Shown here piece after piece: positions 1-12,457 of a stretch of 64,000 bases of DNA; the first letter of the stretch is position 1; every line of letters begins with the position of its first letter. This DNA is from Octopus sinensis (lineage: Eukaryota), in assembly GCF_006345805.1 (NCBI RefSeq), contig NC_043003.1, forward strand, positions 104,532,001 to 104,596,000, in the 5' to 3' direction. Made by a program: the position numbers and the translations under genes. The notes under the pieces are model-generated. The model was not told the origin of the DNA. It searched no databases and saw only the letters and a list, made by a program, of their open reading frames with translations.

Positions 1-580
1 CAAACCAGTACAGCCTTCTCTCTTGCACACAGCATCGAATTCCTCTTGTGCCCTAAATTCTCTCATTCCTTTCTAACCTTCACATGTCCTCTGCATTCAT
101 GTAGAATTGCTGTTCATATATATATATATACATCATACAATCTTCCTTTCACTCAGAGAGAAACCTTTTGTGGCCAATAGAGGTGAGAGCTCTCTGAATT
201 TCCTCCATCATATTCTTATTTTAGCTATCACACTCGCCATGCATCCTTCCCCACTACTAATTTGGTCCCCTAGGCAGCAGAAATTTACTACCTCCAATGA
301 GCCACCAGGGCATTTCAAAGAAACAATTTCCCGAGTCTCTAAAGTTTTTATGGACCCAGTGCATCTTATATTGTGTGTGATAACAATGAAGTACCAAGAG
401 ATCAAAGTGGAAAGAAACTATAGAAGACCAATGGAGACATGGGCAAAGAGGATGAAAGCTGATCTGAAGATGATCATGGCCCTTGCAAAGTAATACAAGA
501 AGTAGTGGGAGGTTGTATTGGAAAGGACCTATCCAACCCAGGCAAGCATGCAAAAGTGGGCATTTAAATAAGGACAGGGA
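1..580. mobile_element. Degenerate RTE with opposite-orientation halves (about 1-365 minus, about 365-580 plus)
   Basis: Minus part is similar to 31130-31550; plus part is similar to the ORF end and 3' tip. Confidence 0.6.
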
Positions 581-1643
581 CATACTCATGTATTTACAAA
601 TGAGGGAAAAGAATTACTCAACATGAAGCAGCTCCTACATGTGCAGAGGTATATTGCTTACTTAATCAGAATGTGAAAGTATTACTACTCATAAATTTTG
701 CATACTGGACAAAATGCTTAGTGGCATTTCATCCTTCTTTACAGCTTTAGTTCAATTTCTGCCAAGGTCAACTTTCTGCCAAGGTCATCCTTTCAAGGTT
801 GATGAAATAAGTACCAGTTGAGCATCGCAGTTGATGAAATCGATCAGCTTTTTCCTCAAAATGTCTGGCCTTGTGCCTATAGTAGTAAAGTTTATTACTT
901 ATGAATTTTGTCAAACTTAACAGATAAGGACATGGATGAAATGCAAGCTACATAGAACAGCTTTTCTCTACTTTCCACCTCACCAAGGTGGAGTGGGGCT
1001 TTTAGCATCATCCCCAACTCTTTCCCAACCTTGTAGACCTTAGATTACCCCTAGTTCCTAAAACTTATGTTCATCACTAGATAAGCAAAATAATGTTCTA
1101 TACTTACATTTTGTTCTTTAAAATTCTCATTAATACTGTGAAAAATGCCTGGCACTGTGGTAAATATATCTCCCCAACCTTCAAAAACTAAGGCCTTAAG
1201 CCTACATTAGAAGCATTTATTATAGCAAAGACACAGTGGAATTATAACATGTGGATGGATGAAAGCAAATGTCCCAAGGTGCTGTGGTGAATTTGAAATT
1301 GATCAAATAAACACCAGATGTGATTTTGAGTTGTTTTCATCAATTGTATTCTGTTACAAATGTTTAGCTCTGTGACAGAAACAGCAAAATGCTGGACTAA
1401 ATATGTTAAGTATTTCTAGCTCAAGATTAGGAGTCTAAAATCTGACCAATGTTGTATTTGCCTTTCATTTCTCTAAGGTCATTTAATTGGTTCCAGTATG
1501 TATGACTGCTGAGTCAATCAGTTATATATCCCCTCTCGTGTTTTGAGTTCTATTTATTCTGTTAGTACTACCAAACCTATCCTCTCTGGTAAATTTGTGG
1601 TTCTGTACTAACGTAAGAAATTGTCTTAAATTATAATTTTCAG

Positions 1644-1808
1644 AAACATCAAGTGTTGAGCTGTGAGTTATTTCCTGTTGGTTGTCCCCAGTGTGGTCAG
1701 AAAGGTATCCGAAGAAAGGACATTGCTCAGCACATTGACCAAGCATCTGGCCATTGTCCTCTTACACTTATTCTTTGTCACTATCAGCCATTTGGCTGCA
1801 CACACATG
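1644..1808 (+). CDS. TRAF-like exon (zinc finger)
   Basis: ttttcag|AAACAT...CACATG|gtatgt; 165 nt, KHQVLSCELFPVGC...FGCTHM. Confidence 0.85.
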
Positions 1809-4800
1809 GTATGTAAAGTCATTCATTATTTTGACTCTTTCTCTTATACTCCCATTTCATAACATCTCTTAACTCTGTTCTGCTTGTCCAGCTTGCCTGT
1901 CCATCATTCAGAACCTCTGAGATTAGCCACTAAATATTTACTCCAGCAGCAAAATGTCTACATTTGTAGATCTATTCAACTCATCTCAATCATTGATAAA
2001 ACTCTCTATAAAAGGAAATTAAAAACATCCCAGCATTAATGATGGTAAATCCTTTAGTTGCCACAAACAATGCTTCACTGAGAATTAAAAACTGAAACTT
2101 GTCTGGAGTTATCACTATATGACCTCTCAGTCATTCAATTAAAATTTTCAGGTTATTTTCATTTTTTTTTTAACTACTGATATAATTAAAATTTTTTACA
2201 TCAAATATGTTAGTGCCAATTTTACTGTGGTCTCTGTTAATGTAATTTTCTAGGACTACCACAAATAATTTTTCCTGTTAGTATAACTTTATAGGACTAC
2301 CATAAATCATCATCATCATCGTTTAACATCCGCTTTCCATGCTAGCATGGGTTGGACGCTTTGACTGAGGACTGGCGAACCAGATGACTGCACCAGGCTC
2401 CAGTCTTGATCTGGCAGAGTTTCTACAGCTGGATGCCCTTCCTAACGCCAACCACTCCGAGAGTGAAGTGGGTGCTTTTATGTGCCACCGGCATGGGGGC
2501 CAGTCAGGTGGGACTGGCAACGACCTCGCTTGATTTTTTTCTTTCTTTAAATTTTTTTTTAATATATTGTCAATATCATTTTCTAGGACTATCGTAAAAA
2601 CATGTCTTACCACATATCACATGCTGTTGAGTATCATAATGTTCTGTTGATGAAATTTCTGCAAAATCTTGAGAAAAGACTTGAATCCATCGAACAAAAC
2701 TTCGACTCCAATATCAATCTGTCGTCAAACATCACCAATAAGATCGAACAGATGCAACGGTAAAAAAAAAACCTTTCTGCCTCCCTTTTTTTTTTTTTTT
2801 CAGCCTCTAATAATGTGTGTGCTCAAAAAAGAGGTTGGGGAGAAAATTTAGCAAAAACACGGTATTTAGAAATAAAAACAAATTTTCAATTGAAGCAGGA
2901 ATCTTAATACTCTAAAATTCTGTTTGCTTTAAATATTAAAATTGAATAAATTAGAATCAATATAAAATTTTTAATTTAGTTTTTGGTGGCCACTTTGCGA
3001 AAGAAACCTGAGAAGAGCTGTGAGGTTATCACGTGACCGACCAGACCATCAGATATTGCTACACATCGCTGGTCACAATACGTTTGCATTGTTTTAGCCT
3101 TTGAATGACACCACCCCGCTGGCTAAGCGAGCAGGCCAACAGAAGAAAGAGTGAGAGAAAGTTGTGGCGAAAGAGTACAGCAGGGATCGCCACCCCAACC
3201 CCCTGCCGGGGCCTCGTGGAGCTTTAGGTATTTTTGCTCAATAAACCCACACAACGCCCGGTCTGGGAATTGAAACCGTGAGTCTGCTGCCCTAACCACT
3301 GGCCATTGTGCCTCCACAAGGTTGAGTTATGAATCACATAATCAATTTTTCCAATAAAAACTGTTGTGATTTTGATGTCTCTCATCCTTTCTACTTCAGC
3401 TTTGCCCACAGGAGACTGAGTTCTCCACATTACACACACTTTTAATCTTTTAGCATTTAAACAGGACATATCTGATCCAAATACTGTACCTGTTTTATGT
3501 TCAAACTGGCCATATCCAGCTTGTCATACCTACTCTACAATGTCATTCTAAAAATTAAGTTACCTCATCAAAACCTCAAAACTTCGAAATAATGCAAGAT
3601 TAATTCAAAACATGTGAATAAATAATTACATTTGACCGAATAATGTGAACACTAAAGGGTTAAAGCACTTGTTGATTATAGTTTTTCCTGCCACCTACAG
3701 TATTAATCTGCAACCTGAAACCAATTGAATATCCTGTCTGTGGTCACATGGTAAAAGTCAAAAGCAATGGGTCAAACCCCACAAATCAGCTTTGCATCAG
3801 AAGAATTATAGTATGGAGATTGTTTGAATCCCCACTCCAATTCCTTCTTAATTGAAAACCTTTTATAAATTCCCCTAATCCTAAAGACACCAGTGAGTTT
3901 AACATGATAGGTTGAATGACAATATGGTAATTCCTTGCTAACTCTTTTACCATTGCTATGGATTCACCAGTTAAATTTAATAACAGAACTTGTCTTTGGA
4001 TATTTCAACTTGTAAAAAAAAAAAAAAAAGTTTCCTGTTTTATATTTGGGTGCATGTATGGCTGTATGGTAAGAAATTTGCTTTCCAACCATATAGTTCT
4101 GGGTTCAGTCCCACTGCATGACACCTTGAACAAGTCTTTTACTATAGCCTCAGGCTGATCAAAGCTTTGTGAGTGGATTTGGAAGATGGAAACCCATTGT
4201 GTGTGTAATCTGTTTCCCATCACCTCCTGACAACCAGTGTTGGTGTGTTTGTTTTTGTAACTTAGCAGTTTGGCAAAAGAGACTGATTGAATAAGTACCA
4301 GGCTTTAAAAAAATATAAGTACTGGAGTCAATTTGTCCAACTAAAATTCTTCAAAGTGGTGCCCTTGCATAGCTGCAGTCAAATGACTGAAACAAGTAAT
4401 TTAGAATTGAAAGATTAAAATGGTAAATATGTTGGTCCAATCAGGGAATCAATTGTTTCAATCAAAACTACGCATTAAACCAATCACCATAGTCCCACTG
4501 TCTTATCACTGAAACACAAATATCACTTTTGTGATGGGAGAGAGGAAATGATAACCTGAATATATTATATTTTACACAACGATCATGGTGGGAGTTGAAT
4601 TGAGGAAAACACAAGTTATCTGATTCAGCATAATTATGTTGGTGCTGTATTGTTTGTCACCTGTCTTTCTATTTTTCTTTTTAATCCCAAATCTTTTCAC
4701 TTCATTCCAGGGCCATCAGTATGAGAGATGCTGTTCAAAACATCTTCAAAGAGAAATATTCTGGCTGTCTTTTATGGCAAATAGACCTAAACTCAAACGG

Positions 4801-5248
4801 GTGTGTTTTCATCAGTCCATCATTCTACACAGCAAATCCTGGATACAGAATAGAGGCACAGCTGGATATTTCTGGTTGTCAAGATTCCATTCTGTATATC
4901 ACTTTCTCCCTATCCTTAAAGGAGGGTATGTATGATGATGTATTAGTGTTCCCGTTCTCCGGAGCGTGTCTTGTCACTGTTTTTGACCAGATGGCCTCCA
5001 ACGGCAAAGAAAATTACAGTCTGTTCATTGAATGTTCACAATTGCAACGATACAATGAGAACTGTCCTGGTTCCTCCCCATTCCAAGTCTGCCATAAATT
5101 AATGAAGGCTGACGACTTCTTCAGTCCACGTTACATAAAGAATAAAACTGTCTTTTTAGAAGTGAAGGTTATGCAAGCTGTTCAATCACAAAGTCAAGGG
5201 AAATATAGTCTCACGAATCAAAGGAGTCACTCCTACTTGGGGCAATAA
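1644..5248 (+). CDS. TRAF-family protein (TRAF zinc finger, coiled coil, MATH/TRAF-C domain); 3' part of gene, upstream exons outside window
   Basis: Exons 1644-1808, 2587-2759 and 4711-5248 join in frame (phases 0, 2) at GT-AG sites. Zinc finger CPQC..H..CPLTLILCHYQPFGC; MATH motifs LLWQI, SPSFYT..PGY, GMYDDVLVFPF, VFDQ. Paralogue not assignable. Confidence 0.85.
2306..2532 (-). mobile_element. RTE 3'UTR fragment
   Basis: (CAT)n + GTTTAACATCCGCTTTCCATGCTAGCATGG. Confidence 0.85.
2587..2759 (+). CDS. TRAF-like exon (coiled coil)
   Basis: ttttctag|GACTAT...CAACG|gtaaaa; 173 nt open, DYRKNMSYH...KIEQMQR. Confidence 0.75.
3003..3318 (-). mobile_element. tRNA-derived SINE, family E
   Basis: Homologous to 14913-15170. 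Confidence 0.78.
3446..3659. mobile_element. piggyBac-like MITE (same family as 8142-8352)
   Basis: TTAA flanks; ends CTAAAGGG|TTAA; colinear internal similarity with 8142-8352. Confidence 0.75.
4048..4400 (+). mobile_element. SINE family C, diverged
   Basis: TGGCTGTATGGTAAG...GGTTCAGTCCC...GACTGAAACAAGTAA. Confidence 0.7.
4711..5248 (+). CDS. TRAF-like terminal exon (MATH domain)
   Basis: cattccag|GGCCATCAGTATG; same frame as ORF 4721..5248; TAA stop. Confidence 0.88.
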
Positions 5249-6049
5249 GGGGTCAAGATGTCAGCCGAAGGCTTAAAGGTCTATATCCTGTTTCACACAA
5301 AACAGTTTTCATGGTTCTCGTTGGTTTGCATCACCTAGCACTGAATTAGAACCATAGGTATGTAGAGATCATTATTATAAGCAGTGTAATCCTTGAATAA
5401 TTATTTTAATTAATAATGTTGAGTTCATCCTCCAAAAGACTTTGGGAATGCAACAGAAGAAACGACTTCAAGGAATTCTTTATTGTATATGTTTCACTCG
5501 CAGAAAGAATTGTCAACAACTTAATGATTCATTTCTTTACAAAAGAAAAGCAACCTCTTAATTTATCTACTCTTGGCAGGATTTGAATTTTTATCCATTA
5601 AAAACAACAAAAATCCACTTTTCTACCCCACTGTAACTATGTAGTATCATAATGAACAAAGCCATTTCAAAGCTAAGTGTAGATGTAGTTCCTTGTTTCC
5701 AAACTGACAAGAATTTTTGCTTTCTAATTTTTAATTTTTTCTTGTATATTATTTATTGTAATTATTTTTCATAGAATCAATGTATGAGAATTTTTAAACA
5801 ATCTCTTTCACTTATCAGCAACAATTTTTATTTTCTCATTAATTTATGCTTTTATCAACCTCACTTTATACCTCAACTTAAAATGTTGAATGATTAGTTT
5901 TAAATTTTTGTAAAAGAAGCCACAATGTTATAAACTACAGAAACAGAATAAAATGATATACTACCACCTTTACCCAAAATTTGTGAATTAATTGCTTGTG
6001 ATCGTAGCTCTCTTGTGTGTGTGTAGGAGGGGGGGTAAGAGAGATGACA

Positions 6050-6500
6050 GGAGCTATAAGATGTCATACTCCGGCGTCTGGCGATGGACTTGGTAAACAC
6101 CCACAAAGTTATCAACCACCTCACCAACAACAACACTGAACACCTTTTTGATCTCCATGTGTCCAACACACGTGGACATGCCTACAAAGTCAAAAAACAG
6201 CACAGCTCCCACGACTTTCGGAAACATTTTTTCACACTCAGAGTTGCTGAAGCATGGAACAAAATGCCTGCGTCAGTTGTTGACTGCCATGACACTGCAT
6301 CCTTTAAGGCCCTCATGCTTTCCGAAATCTGCCGAAACTACACCTGATTGTCCCCCTTCCATACTCATACACATATGTGTATGTCATGACTCATGCACTG
6401 TTCTTTTCCTGACGCTTGTACATTACCCTATGTACTATACATACACTTTAGATGAGTTGTAGTGCACCTGAGCACGGTACACAATGTTTTATTATTATTA
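6050..6500 (+). mobile_element. CR1-clade LINE 3' fragment
   Basis: DLVNTHKVI...NTRGHAYKV...RKHFFTLRVAEAWNKMPASVV...FK; ATT-rich tail. Confidence 0.85.
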
Positions 6501-6709
6501 TTTTTATACACAGTTGTTTATAACAAAAACAGTTGTAAGCTAATGAAGTTAATTAACTTCTGTTCTTTTGTCATTCGTTCATTTAGTTATATTCAGTACA
6601 GACTTTCTGGTTTATATGAATCTTGAGTAGCAGAAGTTTAACCAATTCACACCTCCTTCTTACTGGACCTTATACTGCGAAGAACTTAGTTCTTAGAGTT
6701 GGTTATAAG

Positions 6710-6923
6710 TACCTATTTCTTTACTACCCACAAGGGGCTAAACACAGAGACGACAAACAAGGACAGACACATGGATTAAGTCAATTATATCGACCCCAGT
6801 GCGCAAATGGTACTTAATTTATCGACCCCTGAAAGGATGAAGGCAAAGTTGTCCTCGGCGGAATTTGAACTCAGAACGTAGCGGCAGACACAATACAGCT
6901 ACATATTTCGCCCGGTGTGCTAA
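6710..6923 (-). mobile_element. tRNA-derived SINE, family B
   Basis: B-box GAGTTCAAATTCC; tail TTTAGCCCCTTGTGGGTAGTAAAGAAATAG. Confidence 0.85.
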
Positions 6924-7189
6924 GTGGAACTACAACACCAAACACGCACACACACACACACACACAGAGTATTACAGATCCATTCCAGCTGATTTTTTTT
7001 TAACTAATCAGTTTGCAGGTATTGCCACTTATTGGGTGAATGTATGCTGGAGAGATGGGGGGGGGGGGGGATGGGCTGGATTGTCAATCTTAAAATCATA
7101 CAATGTATACAGGTGTATATGAGTAGCAAAACTTGAACTGTCACGGTGATGATGGGAAGACTAGGGGTGGAAGCTCTAAAATTTATGTT

Positions 7190-7389
7190 CTTGGTGCGGT
7201 CAGCCAGTATCCAAGCACACATTTCCTTTCATGTGGACAGGATCAAAAGTTTGCTTTTACAGTTCAGGTAGGTGTCCTGGTGAAAATGGTTCTTTAGTAC
7301 AATTCTTTTCTCCATCAAGCATAGCCTGCTATCGAGGTAAGGCTTGCACTTCTCCAGTTGGTGCTGTAATTCATGGCACTTTCTTTCAA

Positions 7390-7393
<4 letters not shown>
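7190..7393 (-). mobile_element. Penelope-like GIY-YIG C-terminal fragment
   Basis: LEKCKPY..SRLCLMEKRIVL...LNCKSKLL resembles the recalled C-terminal CxLCLxEK motif. Confidence 0.5.
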
Positions 7394-7435
<42 letters not shown>

Positions 7436-7444
7436 AAAATAAAT

Positions 7445-7860
7445 CATCGTTAATGTCCGCTTTCCATGCTAGCATGGGTTGGACGATTTTGACTGAGGGC
7501 TGGCGAACCAGATGGCTGCACCAGGCTCCAATCTTGATCTGACAGAGTTTCTATACCTGGATGTCCTTCCTAACACCAACCAGACCGAGAGTGTAGCTTT
7601 TTATGTGCCACCAGCACAGGGGCCAGTCAGGCGGTACTGGCAAGGACCTCGCTCGAATCTTTTAACACCTGCCACCAGCACTGGTGCCAGTGATGCGATG
7701 TTGGTAACGATCACGCTCGAATGGTGCTCTTTTATGAAGCCAGTTGGCGGCTCTGGCAACGACTACGCTTGGGTGGTGCTCTTGGCACCCTACTAGCACA
7801 GGCACAAGTGCCAGTAAGGTGTCGTATGGTGCCCTTTTATGTGCCACTGGCACGGAAACA
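7445..7860 (-). mobile_element. RTE 3'UTR fragment
   Basis: Family 3' tip plus repeat units. Confidence 0.85.
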
Positions 7861-8141
7861 GGTTAAATATACACACACACCTAGCTAGGGCTATGACATT
7901 TCACCTCTCCTGATATTAAAGGAGGACTTATTAAATCATTGTCATGCCTACATATTTCTGCATGTCCATTTGCCTGCTGGGATCTTTTGACATCTCCCTT
8001 ACATATGTCTCATGTTGCATTGGCTGTTAAGTGGACATGCAGTGTTGCATCTGCATAAAATCCTGTCTCAGGTAGTCTTACCAACTTAAATTTTCTTTGT
8101 ATTCAGTGCACCACTAAAAACTGTAAAGGTGTGTCTATTAA

Positions 8142-8352
8142 CCCTTTAGCATTTAAACCGGCTAAACATATTCTGCCTATTGTATGCTCAAACTGGCCAG
8201 ATCTGGTCTCTCACACCAACCCTACAATATCGTTTTAAAAATTAACAGCTACCTCATCGAAATCTCATAGCACCAAGATAATGCCTGATTAGTTTAAGGC
8301 AATGTGGATAAAAAAGGATTAATTTAGGCAGAACAATGTGAACACTATAGGG
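8142..8352. mobile_element. piggyBac-like MITE
   Basis: TTAA|CCCTTTAG...CTATAGGG|TTAA; related to 3446-3659. Confidence 0.8.
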
Positions 8353-9088
8353 TTAAATGTTTTTCTGAATTTGTGGGTTTGGGAAAAGTGTTTATCAACT
8401 AAGCTAAGAAAGATCTTACCTACACAAGTTTTTACACTTAGTGAGAAGTAGGGTATGAATCAAAACTTTCTGGTGGCATTTTCTCTTGGTGGTGTTAAAA
8501 CATTATCTTCAATTTTTTTCAGCTCTTACATTATTTTTTCATTATTTTACTTTAGCATTGAAATTTCCAATGATTTTTGAGTATAGGTATAAATTTGGTA
8601 AATGATTACCATTCCATCAATCATATTGAGATGTTCATAATTCTGAGAAACAAATGTAGAATATTATGCAGTTTGTATATTCTTTCTCTACTCTCAATAC
8701 CATTCCTTGTCTTTTAGTGTTTTAATGAAATTTATTCTACAAGAAAGGATAATAATGTAGAATAAGTTCACTTTCTTCTTTAAATATAGTTCCAAATAGA
8801 TGAGACCAGATGTAGAGATGTCTCCTTGTCACATGATCTGAAACAGGTTAGGTACAAAGCCCCTATTTTCCCTAGTTGCAATCTACACCTTGAATGTGTA
8901 CCCTAACATCTGAAAAATGCAGTAGTCTGTATTAGAGATACTAAGAGTCAATGTAGAAACACTTCTTAAAACAAGTTCTTCACCATTATCCATACACATT
9001 TATGTATTCATATACACATCACGAACAACGTAATAATGAGACACTGAAATAATTTCGTTATGGTAATAAGGCCACTGAATAACTATAT

Positions 9089-9299
9089 ATATTTCTTTAC
9101 TACCCACAAGGGGCTAAACAAGGACAGACAAACAGATTAAGTCGATTACATTGACCCCAGTGCGTAACTGGTACTTAATTTATCAACTCCAAAAGGATGA
9201 AAGGCAAAGTCGACCTCGGCGGAATTTGAACCCAGAACATAACGGCAGACGAAATACGGCTACGCATTTCGCCCGGCGTGCTAACGGTTTTGCCAGCTC
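9089..9299 (-). mobile_element. SINE family B with 18-bp TSD
   Basis: TSD GCCACTGAATAACTATAT at 9071-9088 and 9300-9317. Confidence 0.9.
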
Positions 9300-9688
9300 G
9301 CCACTGAATAACTATATAGCATCGGTATTCTGCTGGGACTTCTCAAACCCCAGACTGTCTGCTAGACAGAGGAGAGGAAGACTTCTCAGATATGTGAACA
9401 GTGAAAGGTTGAGTATTTGACTGAAGCAAGTGGACAGGGCCAATGAAACTCCAGAGAGAACTGAGTAGCAGCAGCAGCTAACATAAATTTTACTGTTTTG
9501 GAAGGTTAAAGTTAATTCCAAACAAGATGAAATTGCTATCAGGACCCATCTGCTGCCACACAGATGCTCTTCTGAAGAGGATGATGTGTTCAACCACTTC
9601 ACAGTATACAACGTCCTAGTCCCCAGCATTCTTTTTATCAGTTTTACTATTTCTGAAATACTTTCTTGTATTGTCTACAACTAAATAT

Positions 9689-10085
9689 TACTCTTTTACT
9701 TGTTTCAGTCATTTGACTGCAGCCATGCTGGAGCACCGCCTTTAGTCGAGCAAATCGACCCCAGGACTTATTCTTTGTAAGCCTAGTACTTATTCTATCG
9801 GTCTCTTTTTGCTGAACCGCTAAGTGACGGGGACGTAAACACACCAGCATCGGTTGTCAAGCAATGCTAGGGGGACAAACACAGACACACACACATACAT
9901 ACATATATATATACATATATACGGCAGGCTTCTTTCAGTTTCCGTCTACCAAATCCACTCACAGGGCATTGGTCGGCCCGGGGCTATAGCAGAAGACACT
10001 TGCCCAAGATGCCACGCAGTGGGACTGAACCCGGAACCGTGTGGTTGGTTAGCAAGCTACTTACCACACAGCCACTCCTGCACCT
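9689..10085 (-). mobile_element. tRNA-derived SINE, family C
   Basis: Head GGAGTGGCTGTGTGGTAAG...GGTTCAGTCCC, internal (CA)/(TA) tract, tail GACTGAAACAAGTAAAAGAG; nearly identical to 59307-59703. Confidence 0.9.
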
Positions 10086-10439
10086 ATTACTGATATTTGT
10101 GATCTGTTAGGGAAAACCTGCACCTCTCATGAGACACTTGTTTCTTTTTCTGGCAGAGCTACAAGATCTCTCTCTCTTTTTTTCTCTCAACATCTGCAGC
10201 TTCAGAGGTCAATCTTTTCTTATAATCTCTGTAATGTCCATGGCCATAGTCATTCTTAGCTTTCTCAAAACCAAATCAAGGATCAGTTTCTGTCATGGTT
10301 AGGCTTCCCATGTCATGCTCTCTGCCAATATCAGCTGACAATTTCTTGTCTTTGACTATCCAGTCTTTTCATGTTTGCCCACTCATAAGGTTGATTGTAA
10401 CGACTCCACAAGTAACTTTAGGTTTAACATCCCTGGTCT

Positions 10440-10745
10440 CATCATCATCATCATCGTTTAACGTCCGTTCTCCATGCTAGCATGGTTTGGACGGTTCGAC
10501 CGGGGATCTGGGAAGCCAGAAGGCTGCACCAGGCTCCAGTCTGATCTGGCAGTGTTTCTACAGCTGGATGCCCTTCCTAATGTCAACCACTCCGTGAGTG
10601 TAGTGGGTGCTTTTTACGTGCCACCTGCACAGGTGCCAGGCGAGGCTGGCAACGGCCATGATCGGATTGGTGCATTTTATGTGCCACCGGCACGGAAGCC
10701 AATCAAGGCGGTGCTGGCATCGGCCACGATTCGGATGGTCTTGAT
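10440..10745 (-). mobile_element. RTE 3'UTR fragment
   Basis: Family 3' tip plus repeat units. Confidence 0.85.
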
Positions 10746-11201
10746 ATTTAAGGGTGGAAAATGTGTTGTTAGGCAACAGATGTAGTCAGCCTCTTTATCT
10801 GATCTAGCTTACTGTTTGATTTTCAATTTGCGAAATGTGCTGCGGGGAAGTGTAAAGATCAAAGTAATTCAAAAATTCTAAGAGTTTCCCCAGTTTTTGG
10901 ACGCCAGAGGTAGGTACAAATTATGTAATAGACATTTATAAGTAGTTAAGAGGGTCACCAAGTAACAGAGTGGGCAGAAACCTGTATTTAGCTATGTACT
11001 AATTATGTTTGATGATGTACTGTTATATCTTGAGCTACAATTTAATTTGCATTCTATGCAACAACAAATTCATTAGATTCATAACTTCTGTTGTGTGTTT
11101 AAAGAAACAATGTGTAACAAAACCTTATGAAAAAACAGCATTTGTTTCCAAATTTTCTTATCAATTTATGCTGTGAATATAAAATACATTTTTTTGAAAA
11201 T

Positions 11202-11963
11202 TTAATAACAATCCAAAACGTTTTCATCGTCTTCTTCACTCATCTCTCCTTCATCACAATCAGCAAGTATGTCTTCGATTAAAGATAGTGGGTTCTTTAT
11301 GTATAGATCGCAGTTCATTTGACAATCCTGTAAATAACTACTTACATCAAGCTCGGAAAGCATTTCCACAAAAGCCACGCCTTTATGTTTTTTTGCAGAC
11401 CTTTCGCAAGAACGACAACAATCTTTACTACAACACTGGTACAAGTCCTGTGCATCTTCCATATTCACAGTTTTAACAAGACATTGCCCAATGTCCTCCA
11501 ACTTGATATGTTCAGCTAAAAATTTCTTCAAATTAACAAGGACACGGCCAGCTTCTTCTTGCACACTGTAGTCACAGTCTCGATAGGCTAAGAGTAAAGA
11601 ATCGATGCAGTTGATCTGCTGAAGTTTAGAGAGCATCTTAAGTATCTTACAATTTGTACAAGCTTTACATATTTCCCCTGACATGACTAACCCAGCTGCA
11701 TAGGATGGAACATTAGTTGTACTTTGTAATGTCGATTGCTCTTCAGAAATGATGATACTCTCCCAATATTCGATGCTAACCTTCTTCACTTCCCAATCCA
11801 AGTCATCCTGCAACACATTGTACATCGCTTTATGAAAAACTGCAAGTTGATTCCTGCCGTGCACAGTTTTTGACAATTTCAGAAGGAATTTTGCAGCTGC
11901 CCGCCGTGCAAAGGCTTCACTGTCCGTTTCAAGAATATTCATAATGTCTTGCTGAATATCAGC
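11202..11963 (-). CDS. BRAT1: BRAT1 exon 11 (terminal)
   Basis: tttttcag|GCT GAT ATT; ends EEDDENVLDCY-TAA. Confidence 0.9.
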   Translation of the reverse strand, partial: ADIQQDIMNILETDSEAFARRAAAKFLLKLSKTVHGRNQLAVFHKAMYNVLQDDLDWEVKKVSIEYWESIIISEEQSTLQSTTNVPSYAAGLVMSGEICKACTNCKILKMLSKLQQINCIDSLLLAYRDCDYSVQEEAGRVLVNLKKFLAEHIKLEDIGQCLVKTVNMEDAQDLYQCCSKDCCRSCERSAKKHKGVAFVEMLSELDVSSYLQDCQMNCDLYIKNPLSLIEDILADCDEGEMSEEDDENVLDCY

Positions 11964-12315
11964 CTGAAAAAATATTTTCACAAAATACTGGATTAGAAAA
12001 TGTTCGTTTGTTTTTTAAAATTTAATATTAATATTTTTAAAATTAAATATTAATAAGTGATGAACAGAAATGTAATTTGGAATATTTAGTTCCAGGAATG
12101 ATGAAACATACAAGTAAAGTACTGTTGTTAGTTCAGTTTAATCTGTCCTACACGTATAGTAAAATCTCATTTAGATATAAGCAGAGCAATAATTTGACAG
12201 AAATGCATTTAGACACAAGCAATTTTTAAATTCATTTTTATGTTTTATTTAATTCCTATGTTTTTTATTTTATGTTGATAAAATAAATATCAAGAAATAC
12301 CCTGGGTGAATTCAG

Positions 12316-12371
<56 letters not shown>

Positions 12372-12408
12372 ACCCATGCTAGCATGGAAAGCGGACGTTA
12401 AACGATGA

Positions 12409-12457
<49 letters not shown>

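Noticed and set aside
7056-7080. Poly-G run as a functional G-quadruplex
   Set aside because: Isolated homopolymer in intergenic DNA with no supporting context; its length may be unreliable.
9312-9629. 105-aa minus-strand ORF downstream of the BRAT1 stop
   Set aside because: No splice logic or domain; likely a decayed LINE fragment on the opposite strand.
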